DNA of 40,040 nucleotides. It comes from Humisphaera sp. Lineage in GTDB: Bacteria > Planctomycetota > Phycisphaerae > Tepidisphaerales > Tepidisphaeraceae. The position numbers and the translations under genes are program-made. The stretch spans positions 1-40,040 of the forward strand of contig JANXVV010000109.1 in the NCBI GenBank assembly GCA_025351525.1, in the 5' to 3' direction. This document shows positions 16,275 through 25,641 of the stretch, in pieces; positions within the stretch are counted from its first letter, which is position 1; every line of letters begins with the position of its first letter. Under the pieces are notes generated by a model. That model worked only from the letters and a program-made list of their open reading frames with translations. It had not been told where the DNA came from and made no database searches.

Positions 16275-16919
16275 TCACATCGGGATCGGAGCCACGCATC
16301 CTTTTTCCAGCACCAGCACCCGGTCGGCCAATCGCCCGGCCTCACCGTGGTGGTGGGTGACGTGCAGGGTCGTCACGCCGGTGCGTTGGCGAATGTTTTT
16401 CAGCAGGGCGTACATCTCTTCGCGGGTCTGATCGTCCAGGGCGCTTAGCGGTTCATCGAGCAGCAGCACGCCGGGATGAAAAGACAGGGCACGGCCCAGG
16501 GCAACGCGCTGCGCCTCCCCGCCGCTGAGGCCGGCCGGCCGCCGCACCAGCAGGTGGCCGATGCCGAGCAGGTCGGAAATTTCACAGACCCGCGCGGCGA
16601 TTTCGGTCGCGGGGGCACGGCGGATTTCCAGGGCGAAGGAAAGATGCTCGCGCACCGTCATCGTGCTGAACAGCGCCTTGTCCTGCGGCACGTAACCGAT
16701 GCCGCGCTGCCCGGGGGACAGGTGCGTGACCTCGCGGCCCCCCAGTTTGATCCGCCCGGCTTTGACGGCCCGCAGGCCGCAGATCGCTTCGAGCAGGGTG
16801 GTTTTGCCGCAACCGGTGCGGCCCATCAGCACGGTGTACTGCCCGGGGGGAACGATGAAACTGACGTGGGTCAATGAGAACGCACCGGCGGAGATCGACA
16901 GCCCGGATACTTCGATCAT
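16275..16919 (-). CDS. ABC transporter ATP-binding protein, ModC/CysA-like but lacking a C-terminal TOBE-type domain
   Basis: Walker A GRTGCGKTT, signature LSGGEAQR, Walker B LLLDEP and an H-loop VTHH are present. The start overlaps the permease stop by ATGA. Confidence 0.9.
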   Translation of the reverse strand: MIEVSGLSISAGAFSLTHVSFIVPPGQYTVLMGRTGCGKTTLLEAICGLRAVKAGRIKLGGREVTHLSPGQRGIGYVPQDKALFSTMTVREHLSFALEIRRAPATEIAARVCEISDLLGIGHLLVRRPAGLSGGEAQRVALGRALSFHPGVLLLDEPLSALDDQTREEMYALLKNIRQRTGVTTLHVTHHHGEAGRLADRVLVLEKGCVAPIPM

Positions 16920-17770
16920 CGGTCCTTCGCCTTTCCGGTCGAATCATCCGGGAGGCTGCCATTGTCCATCAGTCGGATGAGCAACAGCACGAGGATCGCC
17001 GCCGCGACCATCAGCAGCGACACCGCGACCGCCGCCTCGATATGGCCGGCGCTGAGCTCCAGAAAAACGCTGGTGGACAGCACTTCGGTTTTCATCCGGG
17101 TGGCTCCGGAGAAGATGAGGATCGGCCCGAACTCACCGAGCGACCGCGCCCAGGCCAGTGTGCCGGCGGTGAGAATCCCCCGCCGTGCCTCCGGCAGGGT
17201 GACCCGCCAGAACGCGCTTCGCCGGGTGCAACCGAGCGTGAGCGCCACCTGTTCGCCGCGCGGATTGATCTGATCGAAGGTCACGCGCATCGTCCGCACC
17301 GCAAACGCGCACGCCACCGCGAACTGGGCCAGCACCACGCTCGGCACGGCATAGGTGACCGGCAGATGCAGCGTGTCCTGGAAATGCCGTTCGATCGACT
17401 TGCCCCCCAGCCGCATCTGAAACAGGATCAACAGGCTCAACCCCACCACCAACGGCGGCAGCACGATGGGGATGTCCAGCACCGCATCCACCCAGCGACG
17501 GCCCGGAAATCGGGTTCGCGACAGCAGATAGCCCAACGGCACCGCCACCCACACGCTGAGGATCGCGGTTAAAGTGCAGGTGATGAGACTGAGCCTGATC
17601 GCATGGCGAATCTCCGGCGTACGCAGGGCGCTGCCGAGGACGGCCGGCGTGGTGAACGACACATCCGCCGCGATCATCGCCAGGATCAGCACGATATAGA
17701 TCGCGCCGATCAACGAAAGACCGGCGAGGAAAACGCGGTCGGAGCGACGGGTGTTTGCGGAGATGGACAT
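16916..17770 (-). CDS. ABC transporter permease, ModB/CysTW family
   Basis: The start is set at MSISANTRRS (17770). DIPIVLPPLVVG and the EAA-loop WARSLGEFGPILIFSG closely resemble ModB. The 688-aa ORF-track version is extended antisense through the RMD1 gene. Confidence 0.85.
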   Translation of the reverse strand: MSISANTRRSDRVFLAGLSLIGAIYIVLILAMIAADVSFTTPAVLGSALRTPEIRHAIRLSLITCTLTAILSVWVAVPLGYLLSRTRFPGRRWVDAVLDIPIVLPPLVVGLSLLILFQMRLGGKSIERHFQDTLHLPVTYAVPSVVLAQFAVACAFAVRTMRVTFDQINPRGEQVALTLGCTRRSAFWRVTLPEARRGILTAGTLAWARSLGEFGPILIFSGATRMKTEVLSTSVFLELSAGHIEAAVAVSLLMVAAAILVLLLIRLMDNGSLPDDSTGKAKDR

Positions 17771-17929
17771 AAGGCCGTGGCGGATGACGAAACGCGAACT
17801 CACGAATGGGCAGCATGTAACATAACGAGGGTCCAGTGTCATTGCGGAACCCCGCATATTTTTTCGCAGATGTGCATGATCACACACGGTCATTCCGTGC
17901 GAGTATGATTGCAGCCTTGAGGTATCCCC

Positions 17930-19081
17930 ATGACTCTCTCCGGCATTTCCGTTCCCCCGCCGCCCACCCCGCACTACACCGGTGAAGTGGTGTTCGTCTA
18001 TGCGTTCGATGTCGCCTACGAAATGCGCCGCGCCCCGATCAAGATGCTTCTGGGCCAGCCGGTGGCGCAGTTCACCGCCGACGCCAGCAAGCGCAGCCCG
18101 CGTCAACTGTTTTTCTATCGCGCCCAGATGGTCCGCCTCCCGCCGCTGGAACGATTCGGGCCTTACGGGCCGGTGCGCGTCGAGCGCAGTGTGAAGATCC
18201 TGCCGGTGGGAGCGATCAGCATCACGATCCGGATGCCCTTCCGGGTCGAGCGAATCGCGGACCTGGTCGCGTTTCACAATCTCAAGTACAGCAATGGAAC
18301 CTCGCTCTATGAAGAGGTGCGGCAACTGGCGGATGAAGTCCGCCGTGAACTGGTGCCGTATGCCGTGCGCCCGGTCGCCAAACTCGACGAGGAGGAGGGC
18401 TACACCGTTTTCTGTCTCCACGCGCCGCTGACGACCGCGACCGCGACTCCCTTGAGAACGGAGGATTGGCTGCAGGCCAATCGACGTGAGGTGGCGGCGC
18501 TGCTGACCGCCGAGCCGGATCCGGTGCAACTTTCCGATCAGGAGTTCATCGAATCGACCGGCAAGTATTTCAGCTACTACGACCGCGATCTGGTGGTGAT
18601 CGACTGGGACGCGGCCATGATTATCGATGAGCCGCGGTATCTCGACGAAACGCTGTACATCATGGAGCTGGCCAATCTGCAGTTGGCGGAATTGGAGGCC
18701 TACGACCGCCTGCTGGATGATGCGGTGGACCGGGCCTACCGCGATCTGAACACCAAGCGGCTCGACCGCTGGCAGGGCCCGCGCATCCAGCGGGAACTCC
18801 GCGAAATCCGCGTCGATCTCGCCCGGCTGAGCGATGAGCTCTCGAACATCACCAAATTTTTCGGCGACTGGCATCTGGCCCGAATCTATCAGGGGCTTTC
18901 GGCACGATTCCATCTGGGCGACTGGCATCACACGATCGATGAAAAATTGAAGACGCTCGACGACCTGTATCAGTTGCTGCAATCCGACCGGAACAATCGA
19001 TGGATGCTCAAGTTGGAAGTGATCGTGGTCGTGCTGTTCGTGATCGATCTGGCACTGCTGATATTCGGGGGGCGGAAATGA
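17930..19081 (+). CDS. RMD1/DUF155 (YagE-like) family protein with C-terminal TM helix
   Basis: VFVYAFDVAYEM, YFSYYDRDLVVIDWDAAMII, ITKFFGDWHLARIYQGLSARFHLGDW and the C-terminal LEVIVVVLFVIDLALLIF. GAGG lies upstream of the ATG. Confidence 0.8.
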   Translation: MTLSGISVPPPPTPHYTGEVVFVYAFDVAYEMRRAPIKMLLGQPVAQFTADASKRSPRQLFFYRAQMVRLPPLERFGPYGPVRVERSVKILPVGAISITIRMPFRVERIADLVAFHNLKYSNGTSLYEEVRQLADEVRRELVPYAVRPVAKLDEEEGYTVFCLHAPLTTATATPLRTEDWLQANRREVAALLTAEPDPVQLSDQEFIESTGKYFSYYDRDLVVIDWDAAMIIDEPRYLDETLYIMELANLQLAELEAYDRLLDDAVDRAYRDLNTKRLDRWQGPRIQRELREIRVDLARLSDELSNITKFFGDWHLARIYQGLSARFHLGDWHHTIDEKLKTLDDLYQLLQSDRNNRWMLKLEVIVVVLFVIDLALLIFGGRK

Positions 19082-20539
19082 TCAGTGATACCACCAACTG
19101 GCCGTCAACCAACTGTTTTCACCGTGGCTGGACATCAGATGCACACAGTAGAGGATGCCAAAAATGACGTGGAGCGAAAACGTGAACATGCAGAGTGCGG
19201 AGCGCCAGTCGATGGTTTGCTTCGGACGGGGCAGCGATCGACTCGCGCGAATCCTCGCGATGGCGAACAGGGTGGATTCGACGAACAGAACGAACAGGGC
19301 CAGCTGCGCGCTCCACAGGAAATTTCCATGGCGGGTTCGTTTGGTTTCGGCGATGAGATAGGTGAAAAGCAATCCGACCGCGAACACGAGCCATGCCAGA
19401 TTCAACCGCGAACGCGACCGCGCTTCCCGCCACCATGTGAGATAGCAGGTGACGGGAAACAAAATTGACAGCAGAAGTTTCGGCGCCAAATGTCGCGACA
19501 TCGCGGACATCGTCGCGAGCGGCGAAAAAATCGCGTGCGCCCCGCCGGTGTAGCGCGCGTATATCCAACTTTGCCAGCCCAGCACCAAAAACGTCGGCAG
19601 CACCAAGCCCATGAGAAGGAAAGTCCAGCGGACCGGTTGGCTGAATATCCATTGCCGAAGAACAGCCATGAACAATACGCCCGGCACGAGGCACAACAGG
19701 AAGCTGGGTTTGGCCATCGCACCCGCAATCACCAGAACGGCGAATGCCATGGTTGCGAACCACGACGGGCGGGCGTTCGATTTCGACTGCTCCGGGAATC
19801 CCGCGAGAGTCACGAGGAATGTCAGCAGGACGAACGGTTTGGCCGCGATGACGGTGGGGTTGTGCCAGACATTGATGCCGATGTATCCGAAGTAATAGCG
19901 GCCATCCTGCACGTGCAGTAGCGCAATCGGAGTGAGGATCATCAGACCGATGACGAGCGCCACCCCCGCGAGAGTGCCGAGCGCGCTGTCGATCGCCGTC
20001 GCCGTGCGAATCCGGGTCCAGAGGATCATGGACAACAGCCATGCGAAAAATACATTCGTGATGATGGCGGCGGTGGCGTACTGCGTGCTGACTTCCGCCA
20101 GGACCTCATCGTCCACCTCACCGCGAGAATTTCCGACGGCGATTTGGGCGGCGGCGGTCTGGCGATTCCCTTGAAACACTTCCACCCCCTTCTGCACGCC
20201 GATCAACACCCCATGATAAAGCGGATGGGGGATCATCACGGTTCGCTGTTCGCGCAACTCGGCAGCCAGCACACTGTGTGGCGGGAAATCCGACTGCGGG
20301 ACGATCGCCGGTGTGCCGCGAATTCCCCGGCTGAGCAAAGGTGCGAAAAGGGTGGGGATGATCGCGACCAGCAGGGACGTTGCGAAAAGGTCTAATCGAT
20401 CAAGACGCCAAACTTTATCGAGAATGCCTGAAAGCGGTCGAACCATTTTCATTCTCAATTGCTCCAATGGATCTGCTCCACTTTTTGCATCAATCAGATC
20501 CTTGAAAGTCCTCAGAGTTTGTGAATGAGAACGTAGCAT
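19082..20539 (-). CDS. Large polytopic membrane protein (roughly 10 or more hydrophobic segments), last gene of the glycan operon; possible GT-C-type transferase or polymerase
   Basis: The 485-aa ORF is rich in hydrophobic helices (LLVAIIPTLFAPLL, AAIITNVFFAWLLSMILW, LAGVALVIGLMILTPIALL, FLLMGLVLPTFLVLGW and others). The start is uncertain: the annotated ATG lies inside a REP half-copy, and internal Met30/Met32 are alternatives. Confidence 0.7.
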   Translation of the reverse strand: MLRSHSQTLRTFKDLIDAKSGADPLEQLRMKMVRPLSGILDKVWRLDRLDLFATSLLVAIIPTLFAPLLSRGIRGTPAIVPQSDFPPHSVLAAELREQRTVMIPHPLYHGVLIGVQKGVEVFQGNRQTAAAQIAVGNSRGEVDDEVLAEVSTQYATAAIITNVFFAWLLSMILWTRIRTATAIDSALGTLAGVALVIGLMILTPIALLHVQDGRYYFGYIGINVWHNPTVIAAKPFVLLTFLVTLAGFPEQSKSNARPSWFATMAFAVLVIAGAMAKPSFLLCLVPGVLFMAVLRQWIFSQPVRWTFLLMGLVLPTFLVLGWQSWIYARYTGGAHAIFSPLATMSAMSRHLAPKLLLSILFPVTCYLTWWREARSRSRLNLAWLVFAVGLLFTYLIAETKRTRHGNFLWSAQLALFVLFVESTLFAIARIRASRSLPRPKQTIDWRSALCMFTFSLHVIFGILYCVHLMSSHGENSWLTASWWYH

Positions 20540-20547
20540 GGGCTACC

Positions 20548-21153
20548 TTACGCCCCCGTTTTTATACCGGCGACGCAGATGAAGTATTCATGCCAGATCG
20601 CGAATTGATCCCAGGTTTCGATCTTTAATTCGGTCGACACCGCGCTGCGCAACGTCTCGGCGGTGCGAGGGAAACTGCCGCGGTCGTAATGCCAGATCAA
20701 ACGGCCGACACGCCTGCGCGGCGCCCAGATTGCATCGGACAGAATCAGCTTGCCGCCGGGCGCTAAAACCCGTGCGCACTCGGCCATCATCCGTCGCAAC
20801 GCTTCATCGGTCAGATGATGCGTGACATTCGTGCAGAGAACGACGTCGACGGTTGCGGTCGCCACGGGGATGCGCGTCGCATCGCCCAGAAGCGCGATCC
20901 CGGTCGGATTCTTGGAGGCGAAGCCGCGTAATTTCTGGGGGTCGATATCCAGACAGATGTATCTGCTGGAATCACTCCATAAGTCACCGACCGAGCCGGT
21001 CCCCCCGCCGATATCCAACACCCGGCGGGCCGCCCGGAGCGGTATGATTCTCGTCGCCAAGCGGGCGCGAACCTGCTTAGCGCCGACGAGCGTTTGAGCG
21101 GTGTCGTATACCCAGGGGCGGGCCACGAATTGATGGAGCAGGGAACGGATCAT
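20548..21153 (-). CDS. Class I SAM-dependent methyltransferase
   Basis: VLDIGGGTGSVGD (motif I), YICLDIDPQKL and LAPGGKLILSD. The ATG at 21153 overlaps the upstream stop as ATGA. The ORF-track GTG at 21180 is less likely. Confidence 0.85.
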   Translation of the reverse strand: MIRSLLHQFVARPWVYDTAQTLVGAKQVRARLATRIIPLRAARRVLDIGGGTGSVGDLWSDSSRYICLDIDPQKLRGFASKNPTGIALLGDATRIPVATATVDVVLCTNVTHHLTDEALRRMMAECARVLAPGGKLILSDAIWAPRRRVGRLIWHYDRGSFPRTAETLRSAVSTELKIETWDQFAIWHEYFICVAGIKTGA

Positions 21154-22823
21154 CGGGGTTTCCGTAATCGAGCCGACCACTTTTCTTCAACTTCAACCTG
21201 CCATGAATCCGACTCACCGGCGAATTGGGGACGGCGGTAGATCAGGTAGTGCCTTTCGTCCAGCAGCACCCGCCGATAGAGCCGTAATCCATCGTCGAGA
21301 ATATCCTGCGGCGTCAGGTCGACGGTGTCTTCCGGATCGAGAATGAGAGTGGTCAGGCGATATTTTTCACTCAACCGTTTCAGCGTTCGGGCATTGGCGG
21401 GCACGAATGAATACGTCACGTCCGGATGCAGCGAAAGATAGGGAAGGCCCAGTTGCGGCGGGCCGGCCAGCACGGTGGAATCATCGTGGTGCAGTGCTTC
21501 GACGCGAACGGCGGCCCGCTCATCCTCGGTGTCTCTGGACACCATGTCTTTGAACGCTTTGAACGAGATCGGCAGCATCCAGGCCGCGACGCAAACCGCC
21601 CCGATCACCTGTGGCCACAGTCGGTCTTCCGACGGCAAATGGCGGAGGAGCAGCGAGAACAGGGCGACCCACAGTTTCGCCGCCATCAACGCCACGAACG
21701 GCAACGCAAACATCGCCACCCGCAGCGGTCGGTCGTAATGGATCGAATAAAACGCGCAGATGAAACAGATCGTGACCAGAAGCAGAGCCGCGCCGCCGAG
21801 TGAGATTGGATCGCGCTTCCAAAGGCCGCAAATGAAACCGATTGGAATCGCCAAAAGCAGCGGCAGGAGCATGGGAATGGTCGCCTCGCGCTTGCGACGA
21901 TCGTAGCGGCGCAGCATCGCTTTGCAGTTTTCGCCGAAGCGCTTGGCGAGAGTCTGCCGCCATTCCTGCGAGGTGGGCTTCAGTTCATCCCACGCGACAG
22001 AATCCCGATAGATGCGTTCCGCATCCGCCTCCGCGAGAAAAATATCGAGTGTGATCAGCGAAGGCCGACCTTTGGAAATGGGCGATGCGTATACCGCACC
22101 GAGAAGCAGCACCGATAGACCAAAAAACAAAACGGCGTGACCGAGATTGTAAAGAAATCCGCGACCTTCAGCAGTCGGCGCCATGAGCAGCACGATTGCC
22201 ATCGGCACCGCGAGAAACGCGCCGGTTTCGCGGTACAGAAATGGAAGCAACACGAGCAGGGGACCGATCCACGGCATCCATCGACGCGGCAGATGGACGA
22301 ACACACAAAACGCGACCGCCGCCGCCGCCACAACGGAGGTTTCGGCCATTGCCGTCTGCGCGAAATACAGGTTCGCCGGATAGATCAGGAAAAATCCTGC
22401 GGCGGCCAATGCGGTTTTCCGGGTGAAGAAACGCAACCCGATCAGATAGGTGCAGATCGCGCCAAGCGTGTAAGCGAACTGGCTGACGAAAATACTTCTG
22501 CCAGTGCCATAACCGAACAGTTTGTAGACCGCGGCGAGATTCCAATAGTAGCCGGGCATGTAGAGGCGCGTTTTAGTGGTGGGTTGCGAGAGGGTCGACG
22601 GATAGATGACATGGCTGACGATTTCGCCAGTGTTCGCCAGATGCCGGGCGGCGGTGACGTAACCGACTGCATCGTTGTCCACGATTCCGCGAATTTGCCG
22701 ACGGCCGACGGCGGAGTTGCCGGCGATCAGAATGACGATCGCCACGACCGCGATGCCGAGGATGTCGGTCAGGACATTTCGTCCACTGACCGCGCGAAGA
22801 TCTTTCGGTGGAGTATCCGTCAT
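21150..22823 (-). CDS. GT-C fold glycosyltransferase, ArnT/PMT-like (GT39/GT83-type)
   Basis: The 557-aa polytopic protein has a first-loop acidic motif DNDAVGYVTAARHL. This is followed by the multi-TM pattern typical of polyprenyl-phosphate-sugar-dependent transferases and a soluble C-terminal ~130 aa. Confidence 0.7.
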   Translation of the reverse strand: MTDTPPKDLRAVSGRNVLTDILGIAVVAIVILIAGNSAVGRRQIRGIVDNDAVGYVTAARHLANTGEIVSHVIYPSTLSQPTTKTRLYMPGYYWNLAAVYKLFGYGTGRSIFVSQFAYTLGAICTYLIGLRFFTRKTALAAAGFFLIYPANLYFAQTAMAETSVVAAAAVAFCVFVHLPRRWMPWIGPLLVLLPFLYRETGAFLAVPMAIVLLMAPTAEGRGFLYNLGHAVLFFGLSVLLLGAVYASPISKGRPSLITLDIFLAEADAERIYRDSVAWDELKPTSQEWRQTLAKRFGENCKAMLRRYDRRKREATIPMLLPLLLAIPIGFICGLWKRDPISLGGAALLLVTICFICAFYSIHYDRPLRVAMFALPFVALMAAKLWVALFSLLLRHLPSEDRLWPQVIGAVCVAAWMLPISFKAFKDMVSRDTEDERAAVRVEALHHDDSTVLAGPPQLGLPYLSLHPDVTYSFVPANARTLKRLSEKYRLTTLILDPEDTVDLTPQDILDDGLRLYRRVLLDERHYLIYRRPQFAGESDSWQVEVEEKWSARLRKPR

Positions 22824-23620
22824 ATCCGCCTCGCCACTGCCAACAGCGACACCCCGAGACTGATCCGCCGTCGGTTGCGAATCATATTTGCCTCGCCCGC
22901 CAGCGCGCGATCTAAAAGTCCGTTGACACCCGGCACGATGCGGAAATCCGTCTCGGCCAGTTCAGCCATGTCGGCGGCACCATCGCTATGGCTGAATTGT
23001 CGGTTGATCCGCCGTCCAAGCCAAACGAGCGGATAAATCCACGACATGAATTCGGTCTGATACTCGACCCGAAACCCGGCGGTTTTCAACTTGTCGGTCA
23101 GCTCGTCGAACATATAGCGGCGGGCATGTTTTGCAGCCTGATCGAAGTAACTCCACAGCGACATATGCGCCGGCACCGTGATGCACAACGCCCCGCCCGG
23201 CGCGAGCATGGTCCGCACGCTGCGCAGGACCTGTTCGTCATTTTGAATGTGTTCCAGCACGTCGAACATACCGACCAGATGAAGCGCTTCGGAAAAAGGT
23301 GGCCGCAACACATCGCCTTGAACCAGCGGGCAATTCGAGCGGTGCTTGGCATAGACCAACGCCTCGCGGTAGAGGTCCATGCCGAACACATGACCGCCGG
23401 GGCAGGACTGCTGAAGGAGCCGCAACATGCCCCCGTTGCCGCAGCCGAGTTCCAGCACGTTATACCCCGGTGGGAAACCGGCGGCCAACTGACGGAGGAT
23501 CGTGCCGACGGCGCGCTTGCGGGCGCGGAACCAGAAATGGCGATCCTCGACACCGTCCAGTTTCTCGAAAAACGCCGGGTCGTAACCGGCCGAGGTCACC
23601 CCGTTCGCTGCATGGTTCAT
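22820..23620 (-). CDS. Class I SAM-dependent methyltransferase
   Basis: VLELGCGNGGMLRLL (motif I), VFGMDL, DVLEHIQND and LAPGGALCITVP. There are ATGA overlaps at both ends. Confidence 0.85.
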   Translation of the reverse strand: MNHAANGVTSAGYDPAFFEKLDGVEDRHFWFRARKRAVGTILRQLAAGFPPGYNVLELGCGNGGMLRLLQQSCPGGHVFGMDLYREALVYAKHRSNCPLVQGDVLRPPFSEALHLVGMFDVLEHIQNDEQVLRSVRTMLAPGGALCITVPAHMSLWSYFDQAAKHARRYMFDELTDKLKTAGFRVEYQTEFMSWIYPLVWLGRRINRQFSHSDGAADMAELAETDFRIVPGVNGLLDRALAGEANMIRNRRRISLGVSLLAVARRI

Positions 23621-24777
23621 CCACCGCTCCGGCCATCGAGGCAGTTGAATGCGCGCAACGCCTCGACCACCGTCGCCTGATCATTTTCCGCAAGCTCGTT
23701 ATAGAACGGCAGGCGAAGCAACCGATCGGAAAGGTTTTCCGTCACCGGGCAGTCCCCCGCTTTGCCGCCATATTTACGGCCCATGTCCGACAGATGCAGC
23801 GGCAAATAATGGAACACGCTGAGGATGCCCTGCTGCTTGAGATGGCGGATCAACGCCTGTCGCGATTCGAGCGAGGGCAGCAGCAGATAGTACATGTGAA
23901 ACGTCTGCTCGCACTCCGCCGGCACGAACGGTGTGCGAACGCCCTGCCGCCCGGCCCACTCCGCCAGATTCGCATGATAATATTCCCAAACCCGCCGGCG
24001 CTTCGCTTGAATCTGATCGGCACACTCCAGTTGGCCATACAAAAACGCAGCGAGAATATCGGACATCAGATAGCTCGACCCGACATCCACCCAACTGTAT
24101 TTGTCGACCTGCCCGCGGAAGAATCGGCTGCGGTTGGTGCCCTTCTCACGGATGATTTCCGCACGCTCGATAAACGTGCTGTCGTTGATCAACAGCGCGC
24201 CGCCTTCGCCGCAGGTGATGTTTTTCGTCTCATGGAAGCTCTGCGTGGCGAGGCATCCGAACGTGCCGAGCATCTTGCCCTTATACTTTCCGAACAGCCC
24301 GTGCGCATTGTCTTCCACTACCGCAACGCCGTGCTTTGCGGCGATGCTCATCAACGTGTCCATCTCACAGGCGACTCCCGCATAATGGACCGGCACGATG
24401 GCGCGCGTCTTGGAAGTGATCGACGATTCGAGTTTCGTTTCATCGAGGTTTAGCGTGTCCGGACGAATATCGACAAACACCGGTTTGGCCCCGCGAAGCA
24501 CGAACGCGTTGACAGTGGAAACGAACGTGAAGGAGGGCACGATCACCTCATCGCCCGGCTCGATGTTCAGCAGCAGCGCCGACATCTCCAGCGCGTGCGT
24601 GCAAGAGGTGGTGACCAGCGCCTTGGGGATGCCGATCCGGTTTTCGAGCAGTTCGTGGCACTTGCGGGTGAACATCTGATCGCCGGCGATCTGCCCGATG
24701 GCCATCGCCTGCGAGATGTACTCCTGCTCGCGCCCGGCCAGGGAGGAGCGGTTGAACGGAATGCGGATTTCAGTCAT
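23617..24777 (-). CDS. wecE: dTDP-4-amino-4,6-dideoxygalactose transaminase-like (DegT/DnrJ/EryC1 family, WecE type)
   Basis: Long near-identical stretches to E. coli WecE as I recall it: PSFTFVSTVNAFVLRGAKPVFVDIRPDTLNLDE, VPVHYAGVACEMD, SFHETKNITCGEGGALLIND, ERAEIIREKGTNRSRFFRGQVDKYSWVDVGSSYLMSD and LLRLPFY. The start is at MTEIRIPFN (AAGGA upstream). Confidence 0.85.
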   Translation of the reverse strand: MTEIRIPFNRSSLAGREQEYISQAMAIGQIAGDQMFTRKCHELLENRIGIPKALVTTSCTHALEMSALLLNIEPGDEVIVPSFTFVSTVNAFVLRGAKPVFVDIRPDTLNLDETKLESSITSKTRAIVPVHYAGVACEMDTLMSIAAKHGVAVVEDNAHGLFGKYKGKMLGTFGCLATQSFHETKNITCGEGGALLINDSTFIERAEIIREKGTNRSRFFRGQVDKYSWVDVGSSYLMSDILAAFLYGQLECADQIQAKRRRVWEYYHANLAEWAGRQGVRTPFVPAECEQTFHMYYLLLPSLESRQALIRHLKQQGILSVFHYLPLHLSDMGRKYGGKAGDCPVTENLSDRLLRLPFYNELAENDQATVVEALRAFNCLDGRSGG

Positions 24778-24827
24778 CGACGATCCTTGTCGGTGCGATA
24801 CTGTCACTAAGAACCCGTGAAACCTTG

Positions 24828-24889
24828 CGTGGCATGGGCCACCAGCCCATGTTTTCAATTCAAAACATGGGCGGGTAGCCCATGCTACG
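24828..24889. repeat. Nested double-hairpin REP element, full copy, inside the operon
   Basis: CGTGGCATGGGCCACCAGCCCATG - TTTTCAATTCAAAA - CATGGGCGGGTAGCCCATGCTACG. It contains the TAG stop (24885-24887) of the WecD-like gene. Confidence 0.9.
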
Positions 24890-25637
24890 AGTCGCCTCGC
24901 GAAAACCAGCGGTGGTAGTATAGTTCAAGCGTGCGGGGGATAAAACCGGTGCGCGCGTAGAGTCGTTGTGCCGCCATATTTCGGCCTTGCGTTACCACCG
25001 AAACACGCCGCACGTTCTGTGCGATGAACCACTCCATCGCCGCCGCCACGAGTTGCCGACCAAGCCCTTTTCCTTGGTGCGGTACATCCACCGCGATCAA
25101 ACCGATACTCCCCTCGTCACTTTCTTTCGAGCGATGACACGTGACATATCCCCCGACTGAACCTTTTACGTCACTCACGAAAACCGCCTGCGCGAATCCC
25201 TCGAAGCTCGATTGAATCCAGGTCTCGTAAAGTGATTCGCACTGTTCGCGGGGAAACCGATCATCGTAGAAAAACCGGGTATCCGTATGACTGATCCTGG
25301 CGATGCGCCGCATCTCCGAAAGGTCGTCAATTCTCGTTTCCCGAATGCCGCTCACCGGCTTAGCCATCCCCGGTCGAGGTGCATCAGACACCGTTCGTTC
25401 CAAAGTCATTCTCACATCGACCAGATGAAACTCCCACGCCTCCGCCAGTGTGACAGTGACTGAATCATCCGACCGCGCCAGAAAATAAAGGCACTGAATC
25501 CGCCGTTCTTCGCACCAGCATTCGATGGCGTCGGCAATATCGGGAGTGAGAACGTTGCCCCGCACGCGGGCGACCGGAAACCCGAAAAAGTTCGAGTCCC
25601 AGGGAAGCAGTTCGCACGGTTCGGCGGGGGATTCCAC
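24885..25637 (-). CDS. GNAT N-acetyltransferase, WecD (dTDP-fucosamine acetyltransferase)-like
   Basis: LLPWDSNFFGFPVARV at the N-terminus, GYVTCH....IGLIAVD...GKGLGRQLV and VSVVTQGRNMAAQRLYARTGF follow the WecD layout. I prefer the GTG at 25637 (AAGGA upstream, 4 nt after the GT2 stop). The ORF-track start at 25733 would overlap the GT2 gene by 92 nt. Confidence 0.7.
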   Translation of the reverse strand: MESPAEPCELLPWDSNFFGFPVARVRGNVLTPDIADAIECWCEERRIQCLYFLARSDDSVTVTLAEAWEFHLVDVRMTLERTVSDAPRPGMAKPVSGIRETRIDDLSEMRRIARISHTDTRFFYDDRFPREQCESLYETWIQSSFEGFAQAVFVSDVKGSVGGYVTCHRSKESDEGSIGLIAVDVPHQGKGLGRQLVAAAMEWFIAQNVRRVSVVTQGRNMAAQRLYARTGFIPRTLELYYHRWFSRGDS

Positions 25638-25641
25638 AGAT

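Noticed and set aside
17771-18982. N-terminal 404 codons of the 688-aa reverse ORF 16916..18982
   Set aside because: Only the C-terminal 284 aa is ModB-like. The extension is antisense to the RMD1/DUF155 gene, which has family-typical motifs and a terminal TM helix.
19119-20042. 307-aa reverse ORF in another frame of the membrane protein gene, and the + strand ORFs at 19085-20528
   Set aside because: They are Arg/Gly-rich. The 19082..20539 frame, by contrast, gives coherent hydrophobic helices.
21426-24453. + strand ORFs 22137..23036, 22988..23680, 23299..24453 and smaller ones
   Set aside because: They are antisense to the GT-C, methyltransferase and WecE-like genes, which carry diagnostic motifs. 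They are Arg/His-rich shadow frames.
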